From: Saprospiraceae bacterium
GTDB taxonomy: Bacteria > Bacteroidota > Bacteroidia > Chitinophagales > Saprospiraceae
Assembly (NCBI GenBank): GCA_036782555.1
Contig: DAIPYV010000001.1
Coordinates: 1-40,506, forward strand
Length of the DNA: 40,506 nucleotides
Direction of reading: 5' to 3'
In this document: piece after piece, positions 18,179 through 27,503 of the stretch
How positions within the stretch are numbered: the first letter of the stretch is position 1
How the letters are laid out: every line of letters starts with the position of its first letter
Position numbers and translations under genes: made by a program
Notes under the pieces: generated by a model
What the model saw: the letters and a program-made list of their open reading frames with translations, nothing else
Told to the model about the DNA's origin: nothing
Databases searched by the model: none

Positions 18179-18835
18179 CCACAGATCTAAGCTCTGTTGA
18201 TGACTCTGACTATTCCATTTATTGATGTCTGACTCTATAACTCTTAGGTTATAAGTAAATCCACCAACAACAAAATTTCTTTGATTAAATTCTTCATTCA
18301 ATAGCTCAAACCTTGAATTAGGTTGAATCTTATTAAAACTTAAAGTTGTTTTATATTTATGGCCTTTTAAAGGATCTGTATTTTTTACATCAGTGTTAAT
18401 TACTGAACTCACTGGACTATCTGTTGTCAGTATAGCCTCTAAACTATCTAATACATCAATCAGTCTTTTTTTGGCATTAAATACAGGGTTTCTACTTTTA
18501 TCTTTAGTTATACCTGTCTTAGCTACTCTTGCATATATGTTATAGTCTAAGCTTGTATGTCTACCGCATATTTCAGGTCTTGTAGCTCTATCAGCTTCAA
18601 AAGAAACTAAAACCTCAAGCTCATTTGTATTTACATATTCATTAAATAATATGTCGTCTTGGTTATGAATAACTTTAGCATTTCTAAATATTGGCTTTGT
18701 TTTACTACCCTCTAAGACGTTTTCTTGGTAGTCTGTAGCAACCTTTAATATCTGATGTAAAAACTCGTCTATGGCGTTGTTATGCCCTAATCTTATAGCT
18801 TCATTTAATTGTGGTATTTGTGACAGTGGAATCAT
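18176..18835 (-). CDS. Tail terminator / tail completion candidate
   Basis: 219 aa; position between the gp10-like gene and the major tail gene. Confidence 0.35.
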   Translation of the reverse strand: MIPLSQIPQLNEAIRLGHNNAIDEFLHQILKVATDYQENVLEGSKTKPIFRNAKVIHNQDDILFNEYVNTNELEVLVSFEADRATRPEICGRHTSLDYNIYARVAKTGITKDKSRNPVFNAKKRLIDVLDSLEAILTTDSPVSSVINTDVKNTDPLKGHKYKTTLSFNKIQPNSRFELLNEEFNQRNFVVGGFTYNLRVIESDINKWNSQSHQQSLDLW

Positions 18836-18838
18836 ATA

Positions 18839-19288
18839 CTATTTGTCTAATCTTTTTCTCCTTTGTAGAATATTTTTTTGTTTTCCTTTTTCTAAATTTC
18901 CACTTTGTTTTGAGCCACCTTTACCAAACACTCTCTGTAAATTACCTGCCTCAAATAATTGTTTAGCTTTTAAAGCCGAGATTAAATTAAATTTTCTAGG
19001 ACCATAAGATTTGTTACTCCCCAATCCAAAGTATACATACTGTGCATACTCTACATTATTTGTGTTAAAGGTTATATTTATTGATTTGGTAGTAGATATT
19101 ATTTTTGCGTTGGTCCTAGATTTTAACAGACCAGTATCCACAGCTTCGAGATCTTGGACAGACTGTTTAGCAATTTCTTGTAAAACAGGTTGTAAAGTTC
19201 TAATTTTAGTCTCTACAACGTTCCTTACATTACCCTGTAAACTGGATATAATTCTTTTTTTATTTAATAGTTTTAAATTTCCTTTCAT
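18839..19288 (-). CDS. HK97 gp10-like neck/tail-completion protein
   Basis: 149 aa. EAVDTGLLKSRT resembles the vDTG.L..S motif of the HK97-gp10 family. Position fits. Confidence 0.55.
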   Translation of the reverse strand: MKGNLKLLNKKRIISSLQGNVRNVVETKIRTLQPVLQEIAKQSVQDLEAVDTGLLKSRTNAKIISTTKSINITFNTNNVEYAQYVYFGLGSNKSYGPRKFNLISALKAKQLFEAGNLQRVFGKGGSKQSGNLEKGKQKNILQRRKRLDK

Positions 19289-19716
19289 TATATTGCAATT
19301 CCAATTACTTCTAACATACCAACTTCTAAACCTGCATGGCGTGGTATATCTTTAATTTCTAATCTCACCGTATCTTCAAGATCTCTAGGCTCATAAGGTC
19401 GTCTTGCCATAAACTGAGACCTGTTAAAATACACATAGTCACCTTTTTGAATAACCTTTTTATCACCAGCACCTAAATCAAAATAAATAATATACATTTC
19501 AGTTCCCCATGTGCCAAATTCTTCAGCTATTTGCTCTTTAAAAGCTGAGTTTATAGACTCAAAAGCTTCAATAAACCTAAACTGATCATCGGGTAGGGGA
19601 ATCTCAACAAGTTCTTTTTCAGTGTCAGACTGTAGGAATTGTTTCTGGTTCTTGACTACTCTGTACACTTGGATACCTGTCTCGTATTGTATAAAATTGC
19701 GGTGTGGGTTCCTCAT
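19288..19716 (-). CDS. Head closure / head-tail joining protein candidate
   Basis: 142 aa; synteny. Its only ATG gives a 92-nt overlap with the upstream gene. Confidence 0.35.
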   Translation of the reverse strand: MRNPHRNFIQYETGIQVYRVVKNQKQFLQSDTEKELVEIPLPDDQFRFIEAFESINSAFKEQIAEEFGTWGTEMYIIYFDLGAGDKKVIQKGDYVYFNRSQFMARRPYEPRDLEDTVRLEIKDIPRHAGLEVGMLEVIGIAI

Positions 19717-20416
19717 ATTGTAAGCTAATTGATTTAAAAAGAGGTTTGATATTATATTTGTTGAGACAGCTAGCTTCCAATAAATCAGTGATAGGAGTAC
19801 CAGAAATAAGTTTATTTGCTATGTCTACATAAGACTGGTTAACTTCTACTTTAGAAGTCATATTACGGCTTTTTTCGTCTGTCTTATAAGAATATACTTG
19901 AGAAGTTAAACCGTAACCACTGTTAGTAGTTAAAACTTTTTTCATTGATTCAACTAATAAGTTGACAACATCAAACGGAGGAGTAGCAGAGTAACCATAA
20001 GAGCCAGTGATTCTTATTTTTTCGCATTGGCAATAACAAGGGTAGTAACAGCTAAAGTCTAAACCTGTAATACACAGTCTATCCTTAGAAAATTCATAAT
20101 CAAAATCAACTCCTAGAGTTAATACTTTTGTTACTATACCCTTGTTAATCTGTTCTATGATTAATTCAGGCGAAGACTGCCAGCACCCTATAGCAAGGTA
20201 ACTGGCATTACAATTGTCAATCTTGTATACTTTAGATACTTGAGGTGTAACCTCAAAAGTTACTCCTGTAAATGTATCAATCTGTTGACTCCATGACTTA
20301 AAAAAATTGTCTATATAAACAACACTAAACCCTGACGGGATAACAGACAACCCCGTCAGGGAAGTAAAAGAGTTAGTTATCCCATTATTGAAAGTAACAT
20401 ATGGTAAACTTGGCAT
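19625..20416 (-). CDS. Head-tail adaptor candidate (Cys-rich)
   Basis: 263 aa with DFSCYYPCYCQCEK; synteny only. Confidence 0.35.
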   Translation of the reverse strand: MPSLPYVTFNNGITNSFTSLTGLSVIPSGFSVVYIDNFFKSWSQQIDTFTGVTFEVTPQVSKVYKIDNCNASYLAIGCWQSSPELIIEQINKGIVTKVLTLGVDFDYEFSKDRLCITGLDFSCYYPCYCQCEKIRITGSYGYSATPPFDVVNLLVESMKKVLTTNSGYGLTSQVYSYKTDEKSRNMTSKVEVNQSYVDIANKLISGTPITDLLEASCLNKYNIKPLFKSISLQYEEPTPQFYTIRDRYPSVQSSQEPETIPTV

Positions 20417-20435
20417 GCTGTCTGTGCTTTCTAAT

Positions 20436-20654
20436 TTATTGAATTGAACCCTCTAACTCATCTTGAGTTAAATCTTCATCATTATTGCTATTAGACTTAA
20501 GTTTTTTATTGGTAGATTGATTCTGTTCTTCTAAATAACCTTCTTTTACCCATTCGTTAATAACGTAATAAGGTACACCTAATTTTTCAATTTCTTCTTT
20601 AGAATAAATTCTATCAATTTCAAAACCGTTTAATTCGTTTATTACTTTATACAT
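20436..20654 (-). CDS. Hypothetical protein (72 aa)
   Basis: ORF track; head module. Confidence 0.45.
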   Translation of the reverse strand: MYKVINELNGFEIDRIYSKEEIEKLGVPYYVINEWVKEGYLEEQNQSTNKKLKSNSNNDEDLTQDELEGSIQ

Positions 20655-20656
20655 AA

Positions 20657-21022
20657 TTATTTAGTCTTATTTTTAATTTCAGCTCTATTAGCTTCAACTT
20701 GTAATTTCATTTGTTCATCTCGCATTGCAACCTCACTTAATATTTCACCCCACTTTAATGGAACGTCTATTGCTCTTTGGTCATAATCGAAATTAATAGT
20801 AGCATTTACAATATTTTCAGGTATTGGATATGTCGGATACTTAGTATCAAGATCGTCTATAATCATCATCTGTTCTGCTTTAAACAGAGACATTGCCTCA
20901 TCAAAAATAAGGGTATCTCTGTCTATTTCAAAAGTCTGTCCAATTGTAAATGATTTATTTTCAAGAAGACTGTTAGAGTTTCTTAAAAATAGTTTTGCAT
21001 TAGTATTTAGTTTAAATTTCAT
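20657..21022 (-). CDS. Hypothetical head-associated protein (121 aa)
   Basis: ORF track; first gene downstream of the major capsid gene. Confidence 0.4.
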   Translation of the reverse strand: MKFKLNTNAKLFLRNSNSLLENKSFTIGQTFEIDRDTLIFDEAMSLFKAEQMMIIDDLDTKYPTYPIPENIVNATINFDYDQRAIDVPLKWGEILSEVAMRDEQMKLQVEANRAEIKNKTK

Positions 21023-21046
21023 AATAAATAAGTCTGTTATTATTTA

Positions 21047-21071
21047 ATGATTAATATGATTAATATGATTA
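21047..21071. repeat. 9-bp tandem repeat ATGATTAAT x2.8
   Basis: Read directly in the gap after the capsid gene. The last unit overlaps the capsid stop codon. Confidence 0.6.
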
Positions 21072-22235
21072 TACAGGGAAAGCTATAGATCTCTGTACGA
21101 TAGTGTCTTGTTGATTAATAGGCATAGCAACCGCTAAATCCATTATAAATTCAACTCTAACACCTTGTGAAGGAGAATTGTTTAATAAGTTCTCTGAGAT
21201 TTCAGGTCTAGTTTGTTTTGTTGCTATTGCAGCAATTTTACCAGAATATATCTTAGAAGAGTAAGTACCATTGACGTCTACTGTACCTAAAGGCATTGAG
21301 TCATCAACTAAAATGTTGAATCCATCAATACAATATACTTTACAAGTCTGAGGTGGGCAAATTCCAGCACCTAATACATAAGGTCTCTCCATTGCATCAG
21401 AATCATAGAAGAACTTTTGGAAAGTTACAGGGTCCATAACATGGATAATCTCAGACATTCCAACTTTACCAGTTGTTAACACTGAAGTCTGGTTAGAAAT
21501 TAGAGTCTGTCTAATACCTGAAGTAGTAGCTGGTAAATTAGTTGCTTGAGCATTCATCAACTGATAAATATCGTCTCTGATTTTTCTCTTAAGAGCTAAA
21601 GGAGCTTGAATCATTACAAATTCCAACATGTTCAGACAGTCATTACATTTTAACCGTCTTCTTGAAATTTCAACCATTCCACCAATTTGATAAGGTGCTA
21701 AAGTAGTACATACTAAAAAGTCTGTAGCGACTGGAGTTCCAGATCTTTGGAAGCTTGGAGACAAATCAAATGGGATTGAATTCTCACCCATAAATCTTGC
21801 TCTAGGTTTTCCTGTAAATGAAGCAAACTGTTCAGTACAAGTACCTATAGAAATTGAGTTAGTAGTGTATTCTTCAATACCACTCTGACAGTCATAAACC
21901 ATCATCATAATATCGGAACATCCAACTATATCGCAACCTGAGTTACCTACAGTCAAACCTCTGAGACCATTATCTTCTATCTCTTCTACATTATCATAAT
22001 TAAGTCTGGCACCTTCAATGCCTAATCTATCTAATTTGCGGTTAAGACCATCTACAAAAGAAGGGTTGTCAATTAAAAATGAGTCAACTGCACCAGCTAT
22101 CTCATTTAGCTCAACATTATAATTATCCCTTAAATTTTGCTCAAGGGATGACCTTAATAGTTCATCGGCAGCCTCGACACCTGCTTTATTAGTTTTTCCC
22201 TTGAATTTTTGGGATAAAGATTTATTTAGTTTCAT
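21069..22235 (-). CDS. Major capsid protein
   Basis: 388 aa, follows the scaffold gene and is preceded by late motif C. Synteny-based; no motif recognised. Confidence 0.65.
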   Translation of the reverse strand: MKLNKSLSQKFKGKTNKAGVEAADELLRSSLEQNLRDNYNVELNEIAGAVDSFLIDNPSFVDGLNRKLDRLGIEGARLNYDNVEEIEDNGLRGLTVGNSGCDIVGCSDIMMMVYDCQSGIEEYTTNSISIGTCTEQFASFTGKPRARFMGENSIPFDLSPSFQRSGTPVATDFLVCTTLAPYQIGGMVEISRRRLKCNDCLNMLEFVMIQAPLALKRKIRDDIYQLMNAQATNLPATTSGIRQTLISNQTSVLTTGKVGMSEIIHVMDPVTFQKFFYDSDAMERPYVLGAGICPPQTCKVYCIDGFNILVDDSMPLGTVDVNGTYSSKIYSGKIAAIATKQTRPEISENLLNNSPSQGVRVEFIMDLAVAMPINQQDTIVQRSIAFPV

Positions 22236-22262
22236 AGAATTATTTAATAACTGTTTAACTAT

Positions 22263-22287
22263 GGGGTGATATTACTTGTCACGTCTA
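22263..22287 (-). promoter_or_regulatory. Late motif copy C: TAGACGTGACAAGTAATATCACCCC
   Basis: Its TAG is the stop codon of ORF 22285..23532. Ends 27 nt before ATG 22235. Confidence 0.6.
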
Positions 22288-23532
22288 CCTAGCCTTAGCA
22301 TATCCTTCAAAGATAGATCTGACATCAGAGTTTTCAATGTTGGTTGGTTTAAAGCTTCTAGTAGTTGGTTGGTCTCTACTTTCCATCTTAGATATAAAAC
22401 TACGATTGAGATTAAGTAATTCTTCAGCTTCTTTTGATTTTGCTTCAGCAACAGTTTTGATATCATTTGATAGAGTTTCTACTGTAGATCTTAGATTTTC
22501 TAAACTAGATTTTAGGGTATCTATTTCTAGTTTTCTTTGCTGTTCTTGAGCCTTGTTGTCAGCTTCAAGCTTGTCTGCTTCTTCTTGAGCCTCTTGCTCA
22601 GCTTTTAGTTGCTCTTCAGTAGGTTTAGAATCATCAGTAGGTTTAAAATCTTCAGTAGGTGGAATAAGAGCTTCTGGTTTATTTACCTCTTCTTCAGCCA
22701 TCCTCGTAGCTGTATCTTCTGCTAATCTTTTTTTCTCTCTCTCTTTTTTCATGTCACACATTATGCAACGATTACTCTGATCTTGGTCTAAAGTAAATTG
22801 GTCTAAAGGCAAAGTTAACTCAAAAATACCTTGGTCGTCTTTGCCTTCAATTCTACCAAGGTTTAAGTCAGTGTCAAATTCAGTGAGTTCGCCTGTAAGT
22901 TCTACACCGCGAAAAGTTGTTTTTAGGATATCTCCTTCGTTAAATAGCATATAGTTGTTGTTATTAAATTTTCTTAAAGTTGATGATATTTCGCCTGAGC
23001 TAGGTTGCCCTGGCATATCACCTGTAGTAGAAACTAGAACAGATATCCTAGTTAACCACCATCTGTTATAATGTATTCGACCTGATTTAGATCTGACAGT
23101 ATCAGTAGACCTAAAAGGCTTATCATTGAACTGTAGAGATATACCTTTGATTATGCCTTGCTCATAAGCATCGTATGAACTCATGATTTTATTTCCTCTA
23201 AAATCAGTTATATAGTTTTCCTTAGAGTACTTTACTTCACCCATTAAATAAGGTGTACCATTATCACCGAACTCATTCCATATTCTTTGGACATCACCAG
23301 CTATATCTACATTAGTTGACTCTTTAATCCCTCTTTCATGGTCATAGTGGCTGGTATCCATTCCAATGTTTTTGACTGGGGTAGCCTGTCTTACATTTTC
23401 ACAGCCAAGAGGATTTATCACTGTATCAAAAAGGTCAGGTATGTCACTGACTAATCTATAAGTAACATAGTAAGATTTATCTACAGATGATATTTTGACG
23501 TCAGTCTGTTCAGCTATTGTAATATTTGACAT
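22285..23532 (-). CDS. Scaffolding protein (possibly protease-scaffold fusion)
   Basis: 415 aa. The C-terminal third is an acidic/Lys coiled coil (KPTEDFKPTDDSKPTEEQLKAEQEAQEEADKLEADNKAQEQQRKLE). Lies between the portal and capsid genes. Confidence 0.5.
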   Translation of the reverse strand: MSNITIAEQTDVKISSVDKSYYVTYRLVSDIPDLFDTVINPLGCENVRQATPVKNIGMDTSHYDHERGIKESTNVDIAGDVQRIWNEFGDNGTPYLMGEVKYSKENYITDFRGNKIMSSYDAYEQGIIKGISLQFNDKPFRSTDTVRSKSGRIHYNRWWLTRISVLVSTTGDMPGQPSSGEISSTLRKFNNNNYMLFNEGDILKTTFRGVELTGELTEFDTDLNLGRIEGKDDQGIFELTLPLDQFTLDQDQSNRCIMCDMKKEREKKRLAEDTATRMAEEEVNKPEALIPPTEDFKPTDDSKPTEEQLKAEQEAQEEADKLEADNKAQEQQRKLEIDTLKSSLENLRSTVETLSNDIKTVAEAKSKEAEELLNLNRSFISKMESRDQPTTRSFKPTNIENSDVRSIFEGYAKAR

Positions 23533-23547
23533 TGTTATCTACAATAT

Positions 23548-23572
23548 TGTGTGATATTACTTGTCACGTCTA
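23548..23572 (-). promoter_or_regulatory. Late motif copy D: TAGACGTGACAAGTAATATCACACA
   Basis: GTGACA-N15-TATTGT, then 8 nt to ATG 23532 (near-leaderless geometry). Confidence 0.55.
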
Positions 23573-23667
23573 AAGTAGTTTTAGTTGGTGGTGTAAAATA
23601 GCAATATTATGCAACTACGGGTAAGAATATTAAGCTGTTTTCTCTCTTCTTAATAACAAAATAGAAG

Positions 23668-25749
23668 TTAAATTACAAAACCATTATCCAGTACTTTTTC
23701 TCTAGTACTGTAAAAATAAGTACATCTACAGCCAAACTCTGACCAAGGGGTAGATGAACCACCCGGTGCAGTAGTTCCAACTTTCCAAGCTCTACCATCG
23801 TTAGCTCGGTGAGTCGGCCTTACATTCTCATCTGATACATCCAAAGCACCAACCCAATCATCGCCATTACTTAGAGCTATATCTTCTGTAAACTCATAAT
23901 ATAAAGAGGCAAATAAACCATCTTCTAAACGTTTAAATCCATTTTCTAGAAAATAATCTTTTCTAGCTGTAAAATAATCAAACACATTACCATCTCCAGA
24001 TTCAGATATAATTTTTAATTCTTTATTCAGCATTTTAGATGTAGTTTGGCTAGTCCCTGCAAAATCTTCATCTCCAAAGGTTTGTTTTATTTTTTTATCT
24101 ATTATGTCATCTTTGTTTTTAATCTCGTCTATAATTGCTTTATATGTGGTTTGATAATCTTTAATACTCTCTTGAGCTATTATATCCAACATTTTTATAA
24201 GTTCTTCTTTGCTTAAAGCTTGAGATAAATCAGGGTAAGTGTAATTACCTACATCAATTCTATTAAAAGAGATAGACTCTAAAAAAGAATCATATTGTTT
24301 AGACAAGACCTTTTTCAGTTTGTTTTTAACACTAATTATTTTCTTATTTTTATCAATATTGTTGTAGGTAGACCCTTTAATATTTTTTTTTAATGCACGA
24401 GTATTTTCATCTAGATTGTTATTTGTATTTTCTGTAGTATTAGCTATAACAGTTGCAGGTGTTTGAATATCTTCTAACTCAAGATCTAATGATACTAAAA
24501 GTTTAGCTATAGATTCTTGCTTAACTTTAATTCCCATCTTATACAGATTAGGTAATACTGAATTAATTGTATTAATGTTTTGTGCTCTAATTGCAATTGA
24601 TTCGGCAGTAGGGTCTTTAGGATAAACTAAGTGATAATCGTTATTAGTAAAATTATTATCAGATAAATAGTTTAAGACCCATGTACCAGCATCTTGTAAT
24701 AGATTTTTCCAGTATTGCACTGTGACCTCGCCTAGGTTGTCACGGTCCTGTTCTGATTTAGCTCTGTTATTAGCTGCGTCATTAGTTAAAGAACCTGCAA
24801 TTGAACAGCCTGTATATATCTTTTTATCACAGTATTCTAGGAGCTTGTCTACCATATTTTGATTAAGAGCCTGTGACAAAGTTTTGGCAATCAGAGGCAT
24901 AGGAGTGACCACCGCATTAGCATTATCTCTTAGAGCTGACTGCATGTTACTTACATTTTGTTCCCATGATTCAGCCCAACGTTTTAATAATTTTTCACCT
25001 TCAATACCTCCTTGTGCTACACTCTGATAATCAGGACTTATAGCTGTTGCCTCTTTAAAACCACCTTGAGCTTTGTTTTGAATAGCTGCAACAATAGTCT
25101 TTTTTAAAATTATGTATGGAGATACTTTTCTTAAAATAGAAGTAGATCTAAGTTGTAAATCACTAAAGGTGATAAGCTTACAGTCCTCAGGACTTAAATA
25201 TTTAAAGTGACTGTTGTTTCTTAAAACATTAAAGGCTACTATCTTATTTTTAGACCAGTCAATCATAGGTTCTACATGTTTTCTCAGTCCTGTTCTACAC
25301 GGTTGAAACTCTATCTTAGGAGTTTTATAATCCCAGGTGTTAAGATAAATTACACCCATTCCATAGCCTGCAAACAACTCATTGAATATCTCATTTTCCA
25401 TTTTATGCCAATCTATAAAATCTAAATAATCTGTGTATTGATTTATAATTTTATTGTATTTACCAGTGATTTTAGGTGATACTTTAAAAAGCTGTGAGGT
25501 TAACACAAGATAACAAGCATTAAACTGCTCATCATTTTTTAAAATTTCTAAGTCCTGATAAGAGTTTGTAGGCTCTGTCAGTGGCATGATAAGACTTGCC
25601 TGATTAGTTTGCCCTATCCTATATACATCATCTACATTACTTGGTTTAGGTAACTTAGGGGTATTCTGGAACGCTCTTAGATTATTAGTAACCGTGTTAA
25701 TAATCTCAGTAGTCTTATTATCTAAATAATTTTGAATAGGATTTGGCAT
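23668..25749 (-). CDS. Portal protein fused to a C-terminal MuF / SPP1 gp7-like minor head protein domain
   Basis: 693 aa in the portal position after TerL. The C-terminus VRPTHRANDGRAW..PWSEFGCRCTY matches the Phage_Mu_F signature (..H....dG.......CRC). Confidence 0.7.
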   Translation of the reverse strand: MPNPIQNYLDNKTTEIINTVTNNLRAFQNTPKLPKPSNVDDVYRIGQTNQASLIMPLTEPTNSYQDLEILKNDEQFNACYLVLTSQLFKVSPKITGKYNKIINQYTDYLDFIDWHKMENEIFNELFAGYGMGVIYLNTWDYKTPKIEFQPCRTGLRKHVEPMIDWSKNKIVAFNVLRNNSHFKYLSPEDCKLITFSDLQLRSTSILRKVSPYIILKKTIVAAIQNKAQGGFKEATAISPDYQSVAQGGIEGEKLLKRWAESWEQNVSNMQSALRDNANAVVTPMPLIAKTLSQALNQNMVDKLLEYCDKKIYTGCSIAGSLTNDAANNRAKSEQDRDNLGEVTVQYWKNLLQDAGTWVLNYLSDNNFTNNDYHLVYPKDPTAESIAIRAQNINTINSVLPNLYKMGIKVKQESIAKLLVSLDLELEDIQTPATVIANTTENTNNNLDENTRALKKNIKGSTYNNIDKNKKIISVKNKLKKVLSKQYDSFLESISFNRIDVGNYTYPDLSQALSKEELIKMLDIIAQESIKDYQTTYKAIIDEIKNKDDIIDKKIKQTFGDEDFAGTSQTTSKMLNKELKIISESGDGNVFDYFTARKDYFLENGFKRLEDGLFASLYYEFTEDIALSNGDDWVGALDVSDENVRPTHRANDGRAWKVGTTAPGGSSTPWSEFGCRCTYFYSTREKVLDNGFVI

Positions 25750-25762
25750 ATATATTGCTAGA

Positions 25763-26188
25763 CTAAGTGATACTAGATGTCATGTCTAGATAATCTTTAT
25801 AGGCTTTTGATAGTAATTGATATAATGTTTTTGCTTTTTCCATATCCGTCAAATAATGATAAGCCAATTTCTTAAGTGTATAGTCAAAAGTTTCTTCATC
25901 AACTGATTTTCTTATTCCTGTAAGTTGCTTCCTAAAGAAAAAGTTAGCTGGGATTTGTTCTCTTCTTTGTAAGTACCATATGTACTTACGGATTACCGCA
26001 GGGTCTTTCTCTTTAATATTTTGCATTTTGGATATTTGATAACAGGGCAAAAAAGAATGTTCTTTAATGATTAATTTATCACTATCAATCAATTGAGAAT
26101 AATCGTGTAAAATCTGTCTTTTATTAGCCAGAGGTTTAAAGTGTGTTCTTTGAGATAAAAACTCGTGTATTGTTTGCTTATTTTCCAT
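25763..26188 (-). CDS. Hypothetical protein (141 aa) between TerL and portal
   Basis: ORF track. Its last 8 codons contain late motif E. Confidence 0.5.
   Translation of the reverse strand: MENKQTIHEFLSQRTHFKPLANKRQILHDYSQLIDSDKLIIKEHSFLPCYQISKMQNIKEKDPAVIRKYIWYLQRREQIPANFFFRKQLTGIRKSVDEETFDYTLKKLAYHYLTDMEKAKTLYQLLSKAYKDYLDMTSSIT
25764..25788 (-). promoter_or_regulatory. Late motif copy E (degenerate): TAGACATGACATCTAGTATCACTTA
   Basis: Shares TAGACATGACA and TATCAC with the other copies. ATGACA-N17-TAGCAA, then 5 nt to ATG 25749. Embedded in the 3' end of ORF 25763..26188. Confidence 0.45.
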
Positions 26189-26193
26189 AGTTT

Positions 26194-27465
26194 TTAATAT
26201 AATACTTGAAATGTAAATTTATCCATATAACTTAAATCTTTTTTTGCATTAGAGTAATGCGAATAAATTGCATAACGTAAGGCATCTACCGCATCGTCCC
26301 AAGCTTTTATAGGCTCATCAAGTTGTTTGCCATTACGATCTTTTTTCCATGCATATCTTTTTAATTCTTTTTGCAAATTAGCACTGTTAGCAGTAATAAG
26401 TATTCTGCGTTTCAAAACATGTTTAGGCTTATTGTTCTCATCAAATTCAATACCTTTCATAAACATAATACCCTCTAGGACTGATTTTTCAGCCGTAGTA
26501 ATGTAGTATCCTGCTCGTTTAATAGCCTCTATAGTTTCAGGTCTGGCACCATCAGCGTATATAGGAATTTCTTTGTCTATGTGTAAATCATCCATTCTTT
26601 TAATCAACATATCTGTTGTTAATCCAGCTTCATATAATAACTCATCACATATTATATCCTCTGTACCGTCACCGTCTTGCATAGTAGCTTTGACCAAACC
26701 TGTAGGGTGACCATACCCAAAATCTAAACCATATACATAGTCTACTGCCTCGGGGAAAGTATTTATAATCTCAAAGTTAGAAAATATAATACCTTCAATC
26801 CTACCCCCCCACTGACCTAAAGCATATATATTATAATAGTTAGAGTCTTGTTCTTTAAGTCTAGCCATTACATCTTGATAATCATCGCCTACAAATCTAT
26901 TATCTAAATACGTTGTTTTAAGAATTTTAGTACTTGGTGGAGGATTATCGTGCCAATCAGTTTTCAACCAATGATCTGAGTCTATAGGATTATATGTTAA
27001 ATTGTGCTGTAAAGACTTATAACCTCTTAAACGCAAGTCAATTTGGTTAAAATCTTCTCTATCTAATTCGCTGGCTTCTTCAATCCATGTTCTAGTAGCA
27101 CCTTTAATAGATTTTATCTTTTCGGGGTCGTCTACACCTCTAAATGTAAAAAAAGCTTTAGTGATGTTATTAATTATTCTTAAAGGTGATTTGGTAACAT
27201 GAAAGTGATGTTGCAAATTCCATGTGTTAATCCAATCACACAGTAAAGCATAGGTTGAGTCTCTGTGAGTATCAGCAATTTTACGAATGACTAAGAATCC
27301 ATGTTTTTTTTCAAAAGACTCAATAATTAGTTTCTGGCCTACAAATTCTGATTTACCAGACCCACCACCTCCATAATAATGAAGATACCTCTCGGTCCAA
27401 TTAAAAGAAGGTATGTATGCCTTATTATAATTTTCAGGGGATGAAAAATCAAATGTAACCGCCAT
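26194..27465 (-). CDS. terL: Terminase large subunit
   Basis: 423 aa. Walker A YGGGGSGKSEF near the N-terminus, nuclease-type C-terminal half, and position after TerS. Confidence 0.9.
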   Translation of the reverse strand: MAVTFDFSSPENYNKAYIPSFNWTERYLHYYGGGGSGKSEFVGQKLIIESFEKKHGFLVIRKIADTHRDSTYALLCDWINTWNLQHHFHVTKSPLRIINNITKAFFTFRGVDDPEKIKSIKGATRTWIEEASELDREDFNQIDLRLRGYKSLQHNLTYNPIDSDHWLKTDWHDNPPPSTKILKTTYLDNRFVGDDYQDVMARLKEQDSNYYNIYALGQWGGRIEGIIFSNFEIINTFPEAVDYVYGLDFGYGHPTGLVKATMQDGDGTEDIICDELLYEAGLTTDMLIKRMDDLHIDKEIPIYADGARPETIEAIKRAGYYITTAEKSVLEGIMFMKGIEFDENNKPKHVLKRRILITANSANLQKELKRYAWKKDRNGKQLDEPIKAWDDAVDALRYAIYSHYSNAKKDLSYMDKFTFQVLY

Positions 27466-27503
27466 GTAAAAAATCTGTTTAATTTTGTCAGGTTGGTTAG
27501 ACT

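Noticed and set aside
5579-19355. Plus-strand ORFs inside the minus-strand structural genes (5579..5860, 6437..6748, 8889..9254, 14340..14537, 15183..15536, 15618..15920, 17205..17441, 17642..17869, 18771..19007, 19011..19355)
   Set aside because: Each lies wholly antisense to a long, functionally coherent gene. They have low-complexity or hydrophobic shadow composition and no promoter or start context. Treated as shadow ORFs.
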